Positions 1-12,718 of a DNA stretch of 64,000 nucleotides are shown here, piece after piece. A model generated the notes under the pieces. The model was not told the origin of the DNA, made no database searches, and saw nothing but the letters and a program-made list of their open reading frames with translations. Both the position numbers and the translations under genes were made by a program. This DNA is from Macrostomum lignano (lineage: Eukaryota): contig NIVC01000009.1 in the NCBI GenBank assembly GCA_002269645.1, positions 3,124 through 67,123 on the forward strand. The letters run 5' to 3'. Numbering within the stretch: position 1 is the stretch's first letter; each line of letters begins with the position of its first letter.

Positions 1-95
1 CTGACTAGCTCACCTGTCAATCATCAACTGACTAGCTCACCTGCAAATCAAAGACTAATCCCAACATCAGTCTAAGAAACAGCTCAATAACTCAC

Positions 96-3000
96 TTTTG
101 TGCTCGGAGAACGCCAGACTGTTGATGGCCACCAGGACCGGTTCCGGGTCCAGGCGGATCTCGAACTGCTCGCTGACCCTCGGCCCGGATTCCGTCTGGC
201 GCTGCAGACTCCGCTGCATGCCGGCCGCCCGGTCCTGCATCGCGGCCGACACCTGCGTGAGGATGGGGGGTGGGAGGTTCCGTTCTAAGCTCGAGTGTGG
301 AGCAGACTGTAGTTTGGAGTGGATAAAGACTGCAGATTGGAGTAGATAAAGACTGTAGTTTATGTAGATTGGATTGGATAAAGATTAGTCTGGAGTGGAT
401 AAAGACTACGAGCTAGTTTGGAATGGATAAAGACTAGTTTGGAGTGGATAAAGACTGTAGATAAGAGTGGATAAAGACTGTAGTTTATGCAGATTGGAGT
501 GAATAAAAACTGTAGTTTATGCAGATTGGAGTGGATAAAGACTGTAGATAGGAGTGGATAAAGACTGTAGTTTATGCAGATTGGAGTGGATAAAGACTGT
601 AGTTTATGCAGATTGGAGTGGATAAAGACTGTAGTTTATGCAGATTGGAATGGATAAAGACTGTAGTTTATGCAGATTGGAATGGATAAAGACTGTAGTT
701 TATGCAGATTGGAATGGATAAAGACTGTAGTTTATGCAGATTGGAGTGGATAAAGACTGTAGATTGAAGTTTGGCCTCAACAAGCCTTCAGCTTTCTCAC
801 CGCGATGAAGGCGGCCGGTTCAGTCTCCCTGAGCAGCTCAACGCACAGCTGCAGCAATCCAGTTGCCTTGGCCAGCGAGGAGGCGCACTGGGCCGCCTGG
901 TCTCTGGTGAGCCTGAGCTTGTGCTCCTGCTCAGATGCCAGCTGGCTCAGCATCACCTGCTTCTTTGACTGCAGAGCAGACACCAGCGAGTCAAACTGCT
1001 CTGTGACCGCTGCAGCCATGACCTCCCGGTTGGACTGGGATAAGTTATATAAATTAATAGATTTGACGCAAATTAGGCACAATATTTTCAATACCAGCAA
1101 TAAATTCACTTTCCTTCTCACCTTGATTCGCTCTGAACTGGATTTCAGCCGCTGCAGGAATTCCGAACCGGATTTTGCTTGCTCTGACAGACTCTGCAGG
1201 GCCTGGGACAGCTCAGTCTGGATTGTTGTTTTGAGGAATAAAATTTGTGGGTAAGTACAAATATGAATATGAATGAATACGAATGATTATATCAATAAAT
1301 GTGAATAAAAATAAGCGTTTATTGACCTGTAAAGACAGGACTTGCTTTTTAATGAAGATAGGGCCTGATGACCTCCTATACAGACAGGGCCTGATGACCT
1401 CCTATACAGACAGGGTCTGATGACCTCCTATACAGACAGGGCCTGATGACCTCCTATACAGACAGGGCCTGATGACCTCCTATACAGACAGGGTCTGATG
1501 ACCTCCTATACAGACAGGGCCTGATGACCTCCTATACAGACAGGGCCTGATGACCTCCTATACAGATAGGGCCTGATCATCTCCTATACAGACAGGGCCT
1601 GATGACCTCCTATACAGACAGGGTCTGATGACCTCCTATACAGACAGGGCCTGATGACCTCCTATACAGACAGGGCCTGATGACCTCCTATACAGACAGG
1701 GCCTGATCATCTCCTATACAGACAGGGCCTGATGACCTCCTATACAGACAGGGCCTGATCATCTCCTATACAGACAGGGCCTGATCATCTCCTATACAGA
1801 CAGGGCCTGATCATCTCCTATACAGACAGGGCCTGATGACTTCCTATACAGACAGGGCCTGATCACCTCCTATACAGACAGGGCCTGATGACCTCCTATA
1901 CAGACAGGGCCTGATGACCTCCTATACAGATAGGGCCTGATCATCTCCTATACAGACAGGGCCTGATGACCTCCTATACAGACAGGGCCTGATGACTGAT
2001 ATCTGACTCGGGCAACGGCAAGCAGTAAAAGTACAATCAAAGGTTAAACTAATTTGATCGGATCGAGGAAAACAACTGGCAATCCAACATACTGGTAATA
2101 CTTATCTATACTTATCAAAGCACTTGCCTGCCCCGCATACCTCAAACTACCGGGAGGAGCTGCCCCAGCTGAACTCCCTGGACTGTAATGAACACGCTTT
2201 GCATGCTTTGTCTCTACGGAGAGGGTGAGGCCGGGTAGCCAAGTGATTGTGATTGAGTGGTGCGCCTCTCCTTGGGGAATTCGTAAGCTCGCACAGCCAT
2301 AAGCGCGCGAAAGTCAACTGCAGGTGGCATCGCAGAGTCGGAAAGAACTGCAGTAGGGGGGGGGGGGTAAATGCAGGTGCCTTCCTTCAAGGGATAAGCG
2401 GCCAAATCTGCAAAAGGAGTTTCCAGGATGGGGGTCGCGGGGCCAAGAGGAGGGCCGCTGACATTTTATCAGCTAGCGGCATCGCGAGCGGCAGCGAGAC
2501 TTCTCGGCGCCAACTGGACCGTCTCCCCGTCTCTCCCTCGGGGAGGGGGGGAAGTGAAGACAGACGATGGCCAGAGAGGAAGCTGGGAAGCTACAGGTAG
2601 GGGCAGGGACCATTTTTTCTTCATCCGATCTGCGTTGTGTTACGCGCGCTTTCGCCCTGGCGCAGTGGGACTAAGGGGGAGGGTGGGCACCGCACTTGGC
2701 ACCTACGGCCTGTGCATTGTGTTGCTTTTTCATTTGCTCTCCCTCATGCGTTTCCTCCCGCTTGCTGGCTGCGCTGCATAATTGGGACTGAAAGAATTCC
2801 GAGGCCACTTCGTCGCCTCTGGAACAACTAAAAGAAGAAGCAGAAACTGCAAAAGAAGAGAAACGAAAAAGCAACAGGCGAACGCATGCGGAGGGCAGGG
2901 AGGCGGGGGCGGGAAGGAGCCTAATGAAGACTTTCGCGCTGCTCGCTCCCAGCCTCCCACTTGTCTTCCATCGCCACCAGCTCTCCGCCGTGTTGCCTGA

Positions 3001-6000
3001 TGTTTATGGCTTTACAGTGGGTGGAAAATAAAGTTTCTATTTTTATTGATATATTATTTATTGCCGAACACTGCTAGCTGGTTGCCGCATGCAGAAGACA
3101 CAGCATCAGAATGAGGAAGCCAGAAAATCCCCTGCTCCAAAACGTAACACTTTGAATATATGAGGGAATTAATTCAAACTGATAAAGTTCTCACTGATTT
3201 CTTCTTACAACAGTGCTAACCTCTGCTGCTTAGAGGATAACCCGCAAGCCGTTGAGCTCTCCCGCTCATTCTTGATGAGGTTTTGGGAGTTTAGGGGAGA
3301 TTTCTACCCTCTTTGATCCCAGCCGTGATGAGAGTGACTGACTGAGCAAAATTTGGGGCAGAGGGGGGGGGGTAACTGGCGGCCAGGGATGCTCAGCAGA
3401 ACAAGGACTTCTAAATAAAGTTATCTGGATTGGAAACCGACCAATCGCTAGACCGTCGAACAATATTATTTAATCTACCTAATTGAAGCTAAGAACTTGA
3501 ATTCTACATTAATACTTTCCTTTGTCCAAGGACTCCTACTCGTAGTATGGACAGCTGAAGTACCTGAATAGAAGAAGGACGCTCCAGACAAGCGTTCTAG
3601 TTAGAGCTCCTTGGCTGAGCCGCCAGACAGATGGCCCGCCGTAATTCATATTGGGAAGCATTGGTGTTGGGGACGGTGCCCTGTGATCCCGTTAATTCCC
3701 ACCCGCGGCATTTTTTTGCTGAAGGTTGCAGCGGGATACGGGAACGGGTTGGACAGAGAGAGGAATGCGCTCCCATCAATTTGGGATTGTTGCATTAAAT
3801 ATTAAATTGGCTTGAATTGCCGGTCAGCCTCTGTGCGTATGCTGGGGCCGGTGCAGATACTGCAGTGCATGGGGACTGTCAAAGAATATAGCTGCTGTCT
3901 AACAGGATATAGCTGCTGTCTAACAGAATATGGCTGCTGTCTAACAGAATTTAGCTGCTGTCTAACAGAATATGGCTGCTGTCTAACAGGATATAGCTAC
4001 TGTCTAACAGAATATGGCTGCTGTCTAACAGAATATAGCTACTGTCTAACAGAATATGGCTGCTGTCTAACAGGATATAGCTACTGTCTAACAGAATATA
4101 GCTGCTGTCTAACCGATAATAGCTGCTGTCTAACAGGATATAGCTACTATCTAACAGAATATAGCTACTGTCTAACAGAATATAGCTGCTGTCTAACAGA
4201 TATTAGCTACTGTCTAACAGAATATAGCTACTGTCTAACAGAATATGGCTGCTGTCTAACAGAATATAGCTACTGCCTAACAGATAATAGCTACTGTCTA
4301 ACAGAATATAGCTACTGTCTAACAGAATATAGCTACTGTCTAACAGGATATAGCTACTATCTAACAGAATATAGCTACTGTCTAACCGATAATAGCTGCT
4401 GTCTAACCGGATATAGCTACTGTCTATCAGAATATAGCTACTGTCTAACAGAATATAGCTACTGTCTAACAGAATATAGCTACTGTCTAACAGAATATAG
4501 CTACTGTCTAACAGAATATGGCTGCTGTCTAACAGAATATAGCTACTGTCTAACAGATAATAGCTACTGTCTAACAGAATATAGCTACTGTGTAACAGAA
4601 TATAGCTACTGTCTAACAGGATATAGCTACTATCTAACAGAATATACCTACTGTCTAACCGATAATCGCTACTGTCTAACAGAATATAGCTACTGTCTAA
4701 CAGGATATAGCTACTGTCTAACCGGATATAGCTACTGTCTAACCGATAATAGCTACTGTCTAACAGAATATTACAGTAACTAAAACCAAGTGGAAGCGTG
4801 CAAGTTGCCACTCAGGAGCGGCAGTTCAGCCCGAGCGAATTCGCCCTTTTAGCCAAGCGCAGTCAGGCAGGAAAACCGGACAGAAGAGCCGGGACCATCT
4901 CTTCAAGGCCGAATGAAGATGACAACGGCCATGGGAAATGGACTGGCAGTGCTTCACCTGGGCTGGGGCTTATGCGAACCGGAGAGCTTTTCGGGACACC
5001 TCAGGTGGAATGAAACCCCCCCCCCGTAGTTGTCTAGTGGGATTTCTTTTCTCCCGGAACTTTGTCCTCAACCAAGGAGATCTAGAGTCAGAAGCTGGAG
5101 AGCCAACTCCTTACTGAACTCCACATTTTCAGACTACTGTAGGCTGATTGCGGCCTGACAAAGCCTTGCATTTTCAGACAACTGTAGGCTGATTGCGGCT
5201 CGACAAAGCCTTGCATTTTCAGACTACTGTAGGCTGATTGCGGCTCGACAAAGCCTTGCATTTTCAGACAACTGTAGGCTGATTGCGGTGACATTAGACA
5301 GACTTGTCCTTCCTTTGTAAACTGAAGAACCGCAGTCGGCCTATAGTTGTCTGAAAATGACAAGTGTTTGATGAGGCCACTCCAGGTTGTGACTGTAGGT
5401 GTCCCTGCCTTCGTAACGCGCGATTGCCACTGCTCCAGTGGGGAGGGGGGGCTCTGAGAAGGGATTCTCTGTAATCCGCATCTGCTGGCATCCCGCAAGA
5501 GCTTATCGAAGCCGCATTGAAGCGGGGCCCGTTGCAGTCTTATCTGCGAACTCCCAGGTGCCGAAATCTGCTCCCACCGCTCCCCAAACGCTGGTAGCTC
5601 CTGCTCTCTGTTTGACTCACATTTGAGGTCAAATCAGTCCAGCCGGCAAGTGCAGCTCAACGAGTTTGGGTGATAAGAATCTGCTAGCAAACAAACTTTG
5701 CACATCGAATAGCTCTCGGGCGGTAAACTGTACGATCTTACAAAGGAAATATATTGATGGTGAGTGCAATCAGAGTCGGTGATGGTGACCTCAAAGTGAG
5801 GTGAAGAATATGCAACTAGGGGTCAAACTGGAGCTGAACTAATAGGCTTGAACCATAGACAATGCAATTGAGCTCCATTATTAGAATTCCAAGGACAACT
5901 AAATTAGGACGGCAAACTATCTCGTAAATTTCTTAGAAAATGTTAGAGGCTGGTTTTCGACGAAAAATACACTACGGAGATAGAAGCTTTCACCTTTTTT

Positions 6001-8121
6001 CATACTAAAATTGTTATTGCTTTTGATAGGAGGCAGACCCAATGCTCATCTTTTGATACCAGTATGTTGTGCCTTTCTTATAGCTCTATTGATACTCTAT
6101 TGATATTCAAACTTTACTTTTTTTAACTACCACCATACTAATGCATTCGATCACCCACGTGGTGCTTTAAGCAAGTCTTGGACCTCCCGGATCTCTAAAA
6201 TTTCTAGCCTGTGATGGCAATCTGGGAAAAGAAACCAATGTCTAACCAATGCGGGAATTTTCCCAGGAAATTAATGCTGCCCGCGCCCAGAATTCCAACA
6301 GTAATGGACAATTTGTTTGCCCGGTTGCGTCAGGCAGAACCTCAAGAAGCTGTCGGAAGGCCCTGGCGACTTTTAAATAAAGATGCAGGTAGAATATTTT
6401 AGGAATTTCTTTGCTGTTGGTGACTCAGAGCCTTGTTAGGAAAAGTGTGTAGGATTTTAGATATTACTGTAAGCTGTGGCAGACTACAGTTAGACATCCG
6501 AGTGCCTTCTTTAAATATGACTTCAGAGTGAGTTCTTCGGAGATGTCCTCAGAGTGACTTCTTCATAGATAGATGTCTTCGAGGTGACTACTTCCGAAAT
6601 GTCTTCAGAGTGACTTCTTCGGAGACGTCCTCAGAGTGACTTCTTCAGGGATGTCCTCAGATTGACTACTTCAGGGCTGTCCTCAAGGTGACTACTTCAG
6701 AGGTGTCCTCAGAGTGACTTCTTAAAAAATGTGTTCAGAGTAACAACTTGGGAAATTTCCTCAGAATGAGATCACCTCGGAGATCACCTCAGAGTGACTT
6801 CTTTAGAAATGTCTTCAGAGTGACTTATTTCTAGGTGTTCACAACAAAGAACCCAGTGGTCCTCCCATTAGAATAAAACAGCCTCTCCGGCATCTCAGCA
6901 CAGCCTCAAACAACCAACGCACCTTCTGAGCTTTGCAGGCGGCCGGCAGCGGTACAGGCTGGTGCCGCTCGCCGCCGTCGCCGACTCCGCCGCCGCCTCC
7001 GCCGCCGCAGGGTTCCTCGCCGGCGCACAGGCCGCAGGCGAAGCTGCCCCGGCAGGAGAGGCAGAAGGCGCCCGGCTCGCCCGGGTGTCTCCGGCAGTCG
7101 TTCAACTCGACGACATCTTCGTCGTTGCCGCAGTCCTGGCTGCCGTGGTCTTTGTTAGCCGAAGAGGCGGCGGCAGCGGCGGAGACAAGCCGTTCGAGAG
7201 CGCGATTGGCCGGCAGCTGCTGGCTGTGCGGCGGCGCCACCGGCTTGCGGCAGGCCGGGCAGAGGAAGCCGCCGATTGTGCCAGCAGCGCCGGAACTTCC
7301 TGCGCCGCCGCCGCCGCCGCCGCTGCTGCCGGAGCCGCTGGAAGCTGAAACAAAAATGTTTCTAATGATTGTCTTCAGGCTGAGTTGCTTTTTAACGAAA
7401 ACCTCCGGCTTGTCATAAAAACCACGTAAGTTTCTTAGAAAAAGGGGTTGTAGCCTAGTGATTAGAGTGTCGGATTCACGACTCAAAGGTCGGCGGTTCG
7501 ATTCCAGATTCCACTGGAATAATTTGTGTCCTTGAGCAAGACACTTAACTCTGCATTGCTTCAGTTCAGCTGGGGAAATGGAGGGTGTGTGTGGCGACCC
7601 CCCAGTCCTTGGACTGAACAGCCGTACGCAGCCTTCAGATGCGCCGCGCAATAGCTGCGGCTGAGCTGTCGGTTGCACATCTGGCCCAATTTTGGCAGGT
7701 GTAATCAATCAATTATTATTATTATTAAGTGCCCGAAAAAAACTTTTCTAGTGCCCAGTTTTCCAAGAAACATAATTGCATTTTTAAACGTAGTATTCGC
7801 GTTAAATATTATATCTTGCTAAGATTTCTAAGAAACTTTCTAGGTCGAAGAAAACTGTAAAGCAATTTCCTCGCAGTAGTTTGCAAGAAACCGCTCACCA
7901 GCGGTCACCAAACTGTCCGGCCTGGACGCCGGCAGGGACACGCCCGAGTCGGTCTCGGACAGCACGGACATCTGGTCGTCCGCCGGGGCCTGCTGGATGC
8001 CGGCCCAGCAGTCGCGGCACAGCGAATGTCCGCATGGCAACAGCAGCGGCCGGACGAACCAGGCTCTGCACAGCGGACACTTCAGCTCCTGCTCGAGGCC
8101 TTTGCCGATGCTGCCGGACAT
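96..8121 (-). CDS. TRIM9: TRIM9/TRIM67-like RING-B-box-coiled-coil-COS E3 ligase (5' part; continues beyond left edge)
   Basis: Phase-compatible GT-AG exons: 8121-7899 (ATG; RING start CPLCRAWFVRPLLLPCGHSLCRDC; DDQMSVLSETDSG like TRIM9 DKMSLYSEADSG), 7344-6923 (CPACR...LPANRALERLV; B-box CRRH..FCLSC..CGLC..H), 1217-1122 (TELSQALQSLSEQAKSGSEFLQRLK), 1034-801 (coiled coil ..EQEHKLRLTRDQ..GLLQLCVELLRETEPAAF), 252-96 (COS-like FEIRLDPEPVLVAINSLAF). Family call is from remembered similarity. Confidence 0.85.
305..765. repeat. 32-bp minisatellite (tggagtggataaagactgtagtttatgcagat) in TRIM intron
   Basis: Tandem copies visible directly. Confidence 0.9.
1360..1997. repeat. 26-bp minisatellite (acagggcctgatgacctcctatacag)
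   Basis: About 24 near-identical tandem copies. Confidence 0.95.
3885..4770. repeat. 21-bp minisatellite (ctaacagaatatagctactgt)
   Basis: About 42 copies; explains the CLTEYSY / ILLDSSY pseudo-ORFs. Confidence 0.95.
5124..5288. repeat. 45-bp tandem repeat, about 3.5 copies
   Basis: gcattttcagac(t/a)actgtaggctgattgcggctcgacaaagcctt repeated. Confidence 0.85.
6520..6830. repeat. Degenerate ~21-22-bp repeat (ctcagagtgacttcttcggagatgtc)
   Basis: Recurring cagagtgact/gatgtcctc core. Confidence 0.7.
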
Positions 8122-8254
8122 TGCGAAGAGAGACTGGCAGACAGACTGGGAGATGCAGAGGTAGGGGGTGGGTGCTGTCCTGCGAAATATTAATTTATTG
8201 GTTTGCCGGCATTTTGGTGATTAAAGCGTAGAGTACTTTGTCTCTGGTAGTCAC

Positions 8255-8510
8255 TGTGGTAGTCAGAGTGGATGGTCAGATTGTGGTAGTCAGATTGTGG
8301 TAGTCAGATTGTGGTAGTCAGATTGTGGTAGTCACAGTGTGGTAGTCACAGTGTGGTAGTCACAGTGTGGTAGTCAGAGTTTGGTAGTCACAGTGTGGTA
8401 GTCAGAGTTTGGTAGTCAGAGTGTGGTAGTCACAGTGTGGTAGTCACAGTGTGGTAGTCAGAGTTTGGTAGTCAGAGTGTGGTAGTCAGAGTGTGGTAGT
8501 CACAGTGTAC
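8255..8510. repeat. 13-14-bp minisatellite (gtgtggtagtcaga)
   Basis: Tandem copies upstream of the TRIM start codon, probably in a 5'UTR intron (acceptor-like near 8145, donor-like near 8600). Confidence 0.9.
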
Positions 8511-8914
8511 ATTTAGTAGTCATTCCCCTTATCAATAAATTTAGAGGTTGCATACCACACTTTAGTAGAAAGTGAAAGCCAAATAAAAAATCCGCTCACC
8601 TTGCTAATTATCTGCAACCTGATGCCGAAAAATGTCTTTCCAAATCAGTTCGGCTGAGACGAAGTTCCTAATGGTTGCTAAATCCAGTTCTGCTGCGAAT
8701 TAGATGCGAATTTGTGGAGGCAATATCAGCATATTTACTGTGTTGGCTAATGTATGATATTTTGCTTTACCAGCTGCTGCACCCACTCGCCAGCGAATAG
8801 GGTTGCAGCTTGGCTCTGATTGGTTGGGCAGTGCCAGTGAATAATAATGAGCTAATAGTCGACGGTCCAGGAGACAGTGCCTACGGGCCTACAGGGAGTC
8901 AGAGGGAGACGTGA

Positions 8915-9310
8915 AAAAAGGAGATGAGGAGGTAGAGGAACGTGGAGAGGTAGAGGGAGATGAGGGAGAGAGGTAAGGAGGTAGAGTGAGGTGGAGAGGT
9001 AGAGGGAGATGAGGGAGAGAGGTAAGGAGGTAGAGGAAGGTGGACAGGTAGAGGGAGATGAGGGAGAGAGGTAAGGAGGTAGAGTGAGGTGGACAGGTAG
9101 AGGGAGATGAGGGAGAGAGGTAAGGAGGTAGAGGGAGGTGGACAGGTAGAGGGAGATGAGGGAGAGGGGTAAGGAGGTAGAGGAAGGTGGAGAGGTAGAG
9201 GGAGATGAAGGAGAGAGGTAAGGAGGTAGAGGTAGAGGGAGATGAGGGAGAGAGGTAAGGAGGTAGAGGAAGGTGGAGAGATAAAGGGAGATGGGGAGGT
9301 AGAGGGAGGC
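8915..9310. repeat. Purine-rich ~48-bp tandem repeat
   Basis: gagagaggtaaggaggtagag..gtggagaggtagagggagatgag units. Confidence 0.85.
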
Positions 9311-10267
9311 GAGGCCTGTAGCCAGCCTCTAAAGGCCGGTTCACACTACAGCCGCATTTTAGAAATGCAGTTTAGACAGATTTTAAAATTGGCTGAAGGT
9401 AAAGCGAACTGGCCTCTTAGTGTTGATATTTATTTCTAATCCAGATAAATAACTTAGGAGGCCTTGGCTTTTGACTTTAGCAGGTGAACCTTAATATTCG
9501 CTTAGGATGTATATGTGTATAGCAGCAAGTTACTATATTGTTACAAGTACTGCAGTACTAGAATTACTAGACAGTATTGCAGCTTCATAATCAGTCTGGC
9601 AACAGTGCAGGCACATATAAATCTGCTACTGATACGATAGAATAAATAGCTGCATCAGAATCTAGAGGGAGATGCACAGGGGGGGGGGTGCCGAGAGGAA
9701 GGCGCTCACACGAGAGATGGCTGGCTACTACGGTCGAGACACTAAACCGCATACTGAAGCCCATAGGCCACCACAATGGTGTTGGGTATGGTCGTGTACG
9801 AGCGTATTACCCTGTTTAAGTGCCGATTACAGAGAGAGATGGGGCGTGAGCGCCGTTGGGTACGCCTATAGAATTTATGGGGATAAAATCCCCGCTTAGC
9901 AAAATGGAATAATATTTACGACTTAGCTAGTTGGTTACGCTGGACTCTGCCTGGGCACCCACGCGCCGTTTCCTGATCGCAAGGGCTGTCCGCTTTTAAC
10001 GCCTGATTATTTATGGCGCTAAATGACGATGGCCTCTGGCGCATTGGGCTGGGAGCCGGGAAAAATACTGTAAATTATAAGTCCGCCTGACACTTGAGGT
10101 AGCAAAGTAGAATTGAATAGCGGGAGGTGCTGCAGGATTCACTGATTGCTAATTGCAGAAATGGATGGACTCAGCGAATGGAAACGCAAGCTGGACATGA
10201 GTGTACCGAATCTCTTACCGGAGAATTCGACGTTAAAAAGTACAATATGAGAATATGGTGTACTATA

Positions 10268-11068
10268 GCCGGTATAACATATCTCACATCCGGACACCGG
10301 TATAACAAATCTCACATCCGGACACCGGTATAACAAATCTCACATCCGGACACCGGTATAACAAATCTCACATCCGGACACCGGTATAACAAATCTCACA
10401 TCCGGACACCGGTATAACAAATCTCACATTCGGACACTGGTATAACAAATCTCACATCCGGACACCGGTATAACAAATCTCACATCCGGACACCGGTATA
10501 ACAAATCTCACATCGGGACACCGGTATAACAAATCTCACATCCGGACACCGGTATAACAAATCTCACATCCGGACACCGGTATAACAAATCTCACATTGG
10601 GACACCGGTATAACAAATCTCACATTCGGACACTGGTATAACAAATCTCACATTGGGACACCGGTATAACAAATCTCACATCCGGACACCGGTATAACAA
10701 ATCTCACATCCGGACACCGGTATAACAAATCTCACATTGGGACACCGGTATAACAAATCTCACATCCGGACACCGGTATAACAAATCTCACATCCGGACA
10801 CCGGTATAACAAATCTCACATTCGGACACTGGTATAACAAATCTCACATCCGGACACCGGTGTAACAAATCTCACATTCGGACACCGGTATAACAAAACT
10901 CACATCCGGACACTGGTATAACAAAACTCACATCCGGACACCGGTATAACAAATCTCACATTGGGACACCGGTATAACAAATCTCACATCCGGACACCGG
11001 TATAACAAATCTCACATCCGGACACCGGTATAACAAATCTCACATCCGGACACCGGTATAACAAATCT
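10268..11068. repeat. 28-bp minisatellite (ccggtataacaaatctcacatccggaca)
   Basis: About 28 copies. Confidence 0.95.
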
Positions 11069-11619
11069 TATGGCACACTTAAAAGCCGGATCAAAAACGG
11101 GAAAACGGAAAACGCGATTTTGAAGAAGTCAGGATTTAAAATAGTCGCTTATATAATAAACGCCTCAATAAAAGAAGCAATGCCTGTATGTAGTCGTTAG
11201 ACAAGCTGAGACTCTGATCTTTAATCATCTAAAAAATTCTCCCCAAGGTTTCCGCTTCACCTGGCCCTCAAAAACCTACAGAACAGATAATTAGTCATTA
11301 AAAGAGGCACCAACGAATTGAGTCTTACTTAATTGGAAAGTTCATTGGAGTTCGCAGTGAAGAGCGATCAAGATGCGTGCCAGCAACTAATTAACACCGC
11401 ATCGGTCAGCAGACTTTCATTTTCACCTGCTTAAGTGCCAGTCTGTAAGTCAATTTGAACACCTAAGAAGATCCCCTCATTTCGATTTCTCATTTTATCA
11501 GATAAAAAATCCCGCTTAACAGCTCCAAGGCGCACGCAAGCTCGATGAGCTGTCGAGATAAAATATGAACGAACTTGAGTTCACATGGAAGTCCTCAAGT
11601 TTACATGCATAAACTTCTG

Positions 11620-12132
11620 ATGATATCTGATGGACCCACCTGGTAGTGAATCATCTACCCTTCCTGATGATACCTGACTGACTGGCTCACCTAACAGTGA
11701 ATCATCCCCTTCCTGATGATACCTGAGTGACTCACCTGGCAGTGAATCATCTACCCTTCCTGATGATACCTGAGTGCCTCACCTGGTAGTGAATCATCTA
11801 CCCTTCCTGATGATACCTGACTGCCTCATCTGGCAGTGAATCATCTACCCTTCCTGATGATACCTGACTGCCTCATCTGGCAGTGAATCATCTACCCTTC
11901 CTGATGATACCTGAGTGCCTCACCTGGCAGTGAATCATCTACCTTTCCTGATGATACCTGAGTGCCTCACCTGGCAGTGAATCATCTACCCTTCCTGATG
12001 ATACCTGACTGCCTCATCTGGCAGTGAATCATCTACCCTTCCTGATGATACCTGAGTGCCTCACCTGCCAGTGAATCATCTGCCCTTCCTGATGATACCT
12101 GAGTGCCTCACCTGCCAGTGAATCATCTAACC
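11620..12132. repeat. 47-bp minisatellite (cctgatgatacctgagtgcctcacctggcagtgaatcatctaccctt)
   Basis: About 10-11 copies. Confidence 0.9.
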
Positions 12133-12718
12133 TTCTTGATTACTCTGTTTTTGGCCAACTACTTGTTACCCTTCATACACAATAAAACAATACTCGTACA
12201 ATAAGAAAAATGAAATGAGATGTCTAATGAATTTCTTTAAAAGTTAAAAAGAAATTGAACGCAAGCGAAAAAGTGCAAATGAAAAATGTTGGTTTGCATT
12301 GCATAAATCATGTAATAAAGTGAACAATGGGCTACTAACTTGGACTTTATAAATTTAATTATTCTGATAGACAAGCACAGCAACACGGCAGGGTTACACA
12401 GTGGTGCGAATAACCGAAAGTTCAGTCTACTTCAGACACACCTTGCCGATGCACTTTATAGTAAATAGTTCAATGCGCTGTACGAGAGGTTGGCAAAGCC
12501 GCTGCTGGATTTGCGTAATAAGACGAAAGAGAAAAAACTTATTAGACTTGTTTATGCGAGAAAATAAACACCCCCCCCCAGTTGTTGAGACCCGCATTCA
12601 TAGCCTAAGCATTAGGCAAACACAAGTTAAGACAAAAGAGCAGTTTACATTACAGCTACAACTTGCAGTTCAGTCTACTACCAGCCCAGTAGCAGTATAC
12701 ACACGCTAACGATATTAT

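Larger units (their letters stand above)
2050..5650 (-). mobile_element. Highly decayed non-LTR retrotransposon remnant, possibly R2/NeSL (RLE) type
   Basis: Minus-strand fragments in the expected order: FRHLGV near 5560 (RT YLGV-like), RESLLRA and LQFTKEG near 5470-5320, LCPTRSR...KCRG near 3750-3700 (zinc-knuckle-like). Many stops and frameshifts. Confidence 0.35.

Noticed and set aside
1-45. ctgactagctcacctg..aatcatc repeat resembling the 47-bp array at 11620
   Set aside because: Only ~1.5 units visible at the window edge; similarity too short to support a shared family
1360-1997. CTGATGA in every unit here and in the 47-bp array (hammerhead or C/D-box-like)
   Set aside because: No downstream GAAA or paired stems, and no C/D terminal stem
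3812-4811. 323-aa Cys/Tyr-rich and 202-aa ORFs; similar repeat ORFs at 24530-25439, 26501-26995, 32946-33518, 33937-35203, 59208-59696, 61759-62374, 63357-63995
   Set aside because: All are translations of intronic or intergenic tandem repeats
10268-11068. Regular 28-59-bp repeats superficially like CRISPR arrays (also 11620, 28245, 41350)
   Set aside because: Head-to-tail units with no unique spacers, eukaryotic context, no cas genes
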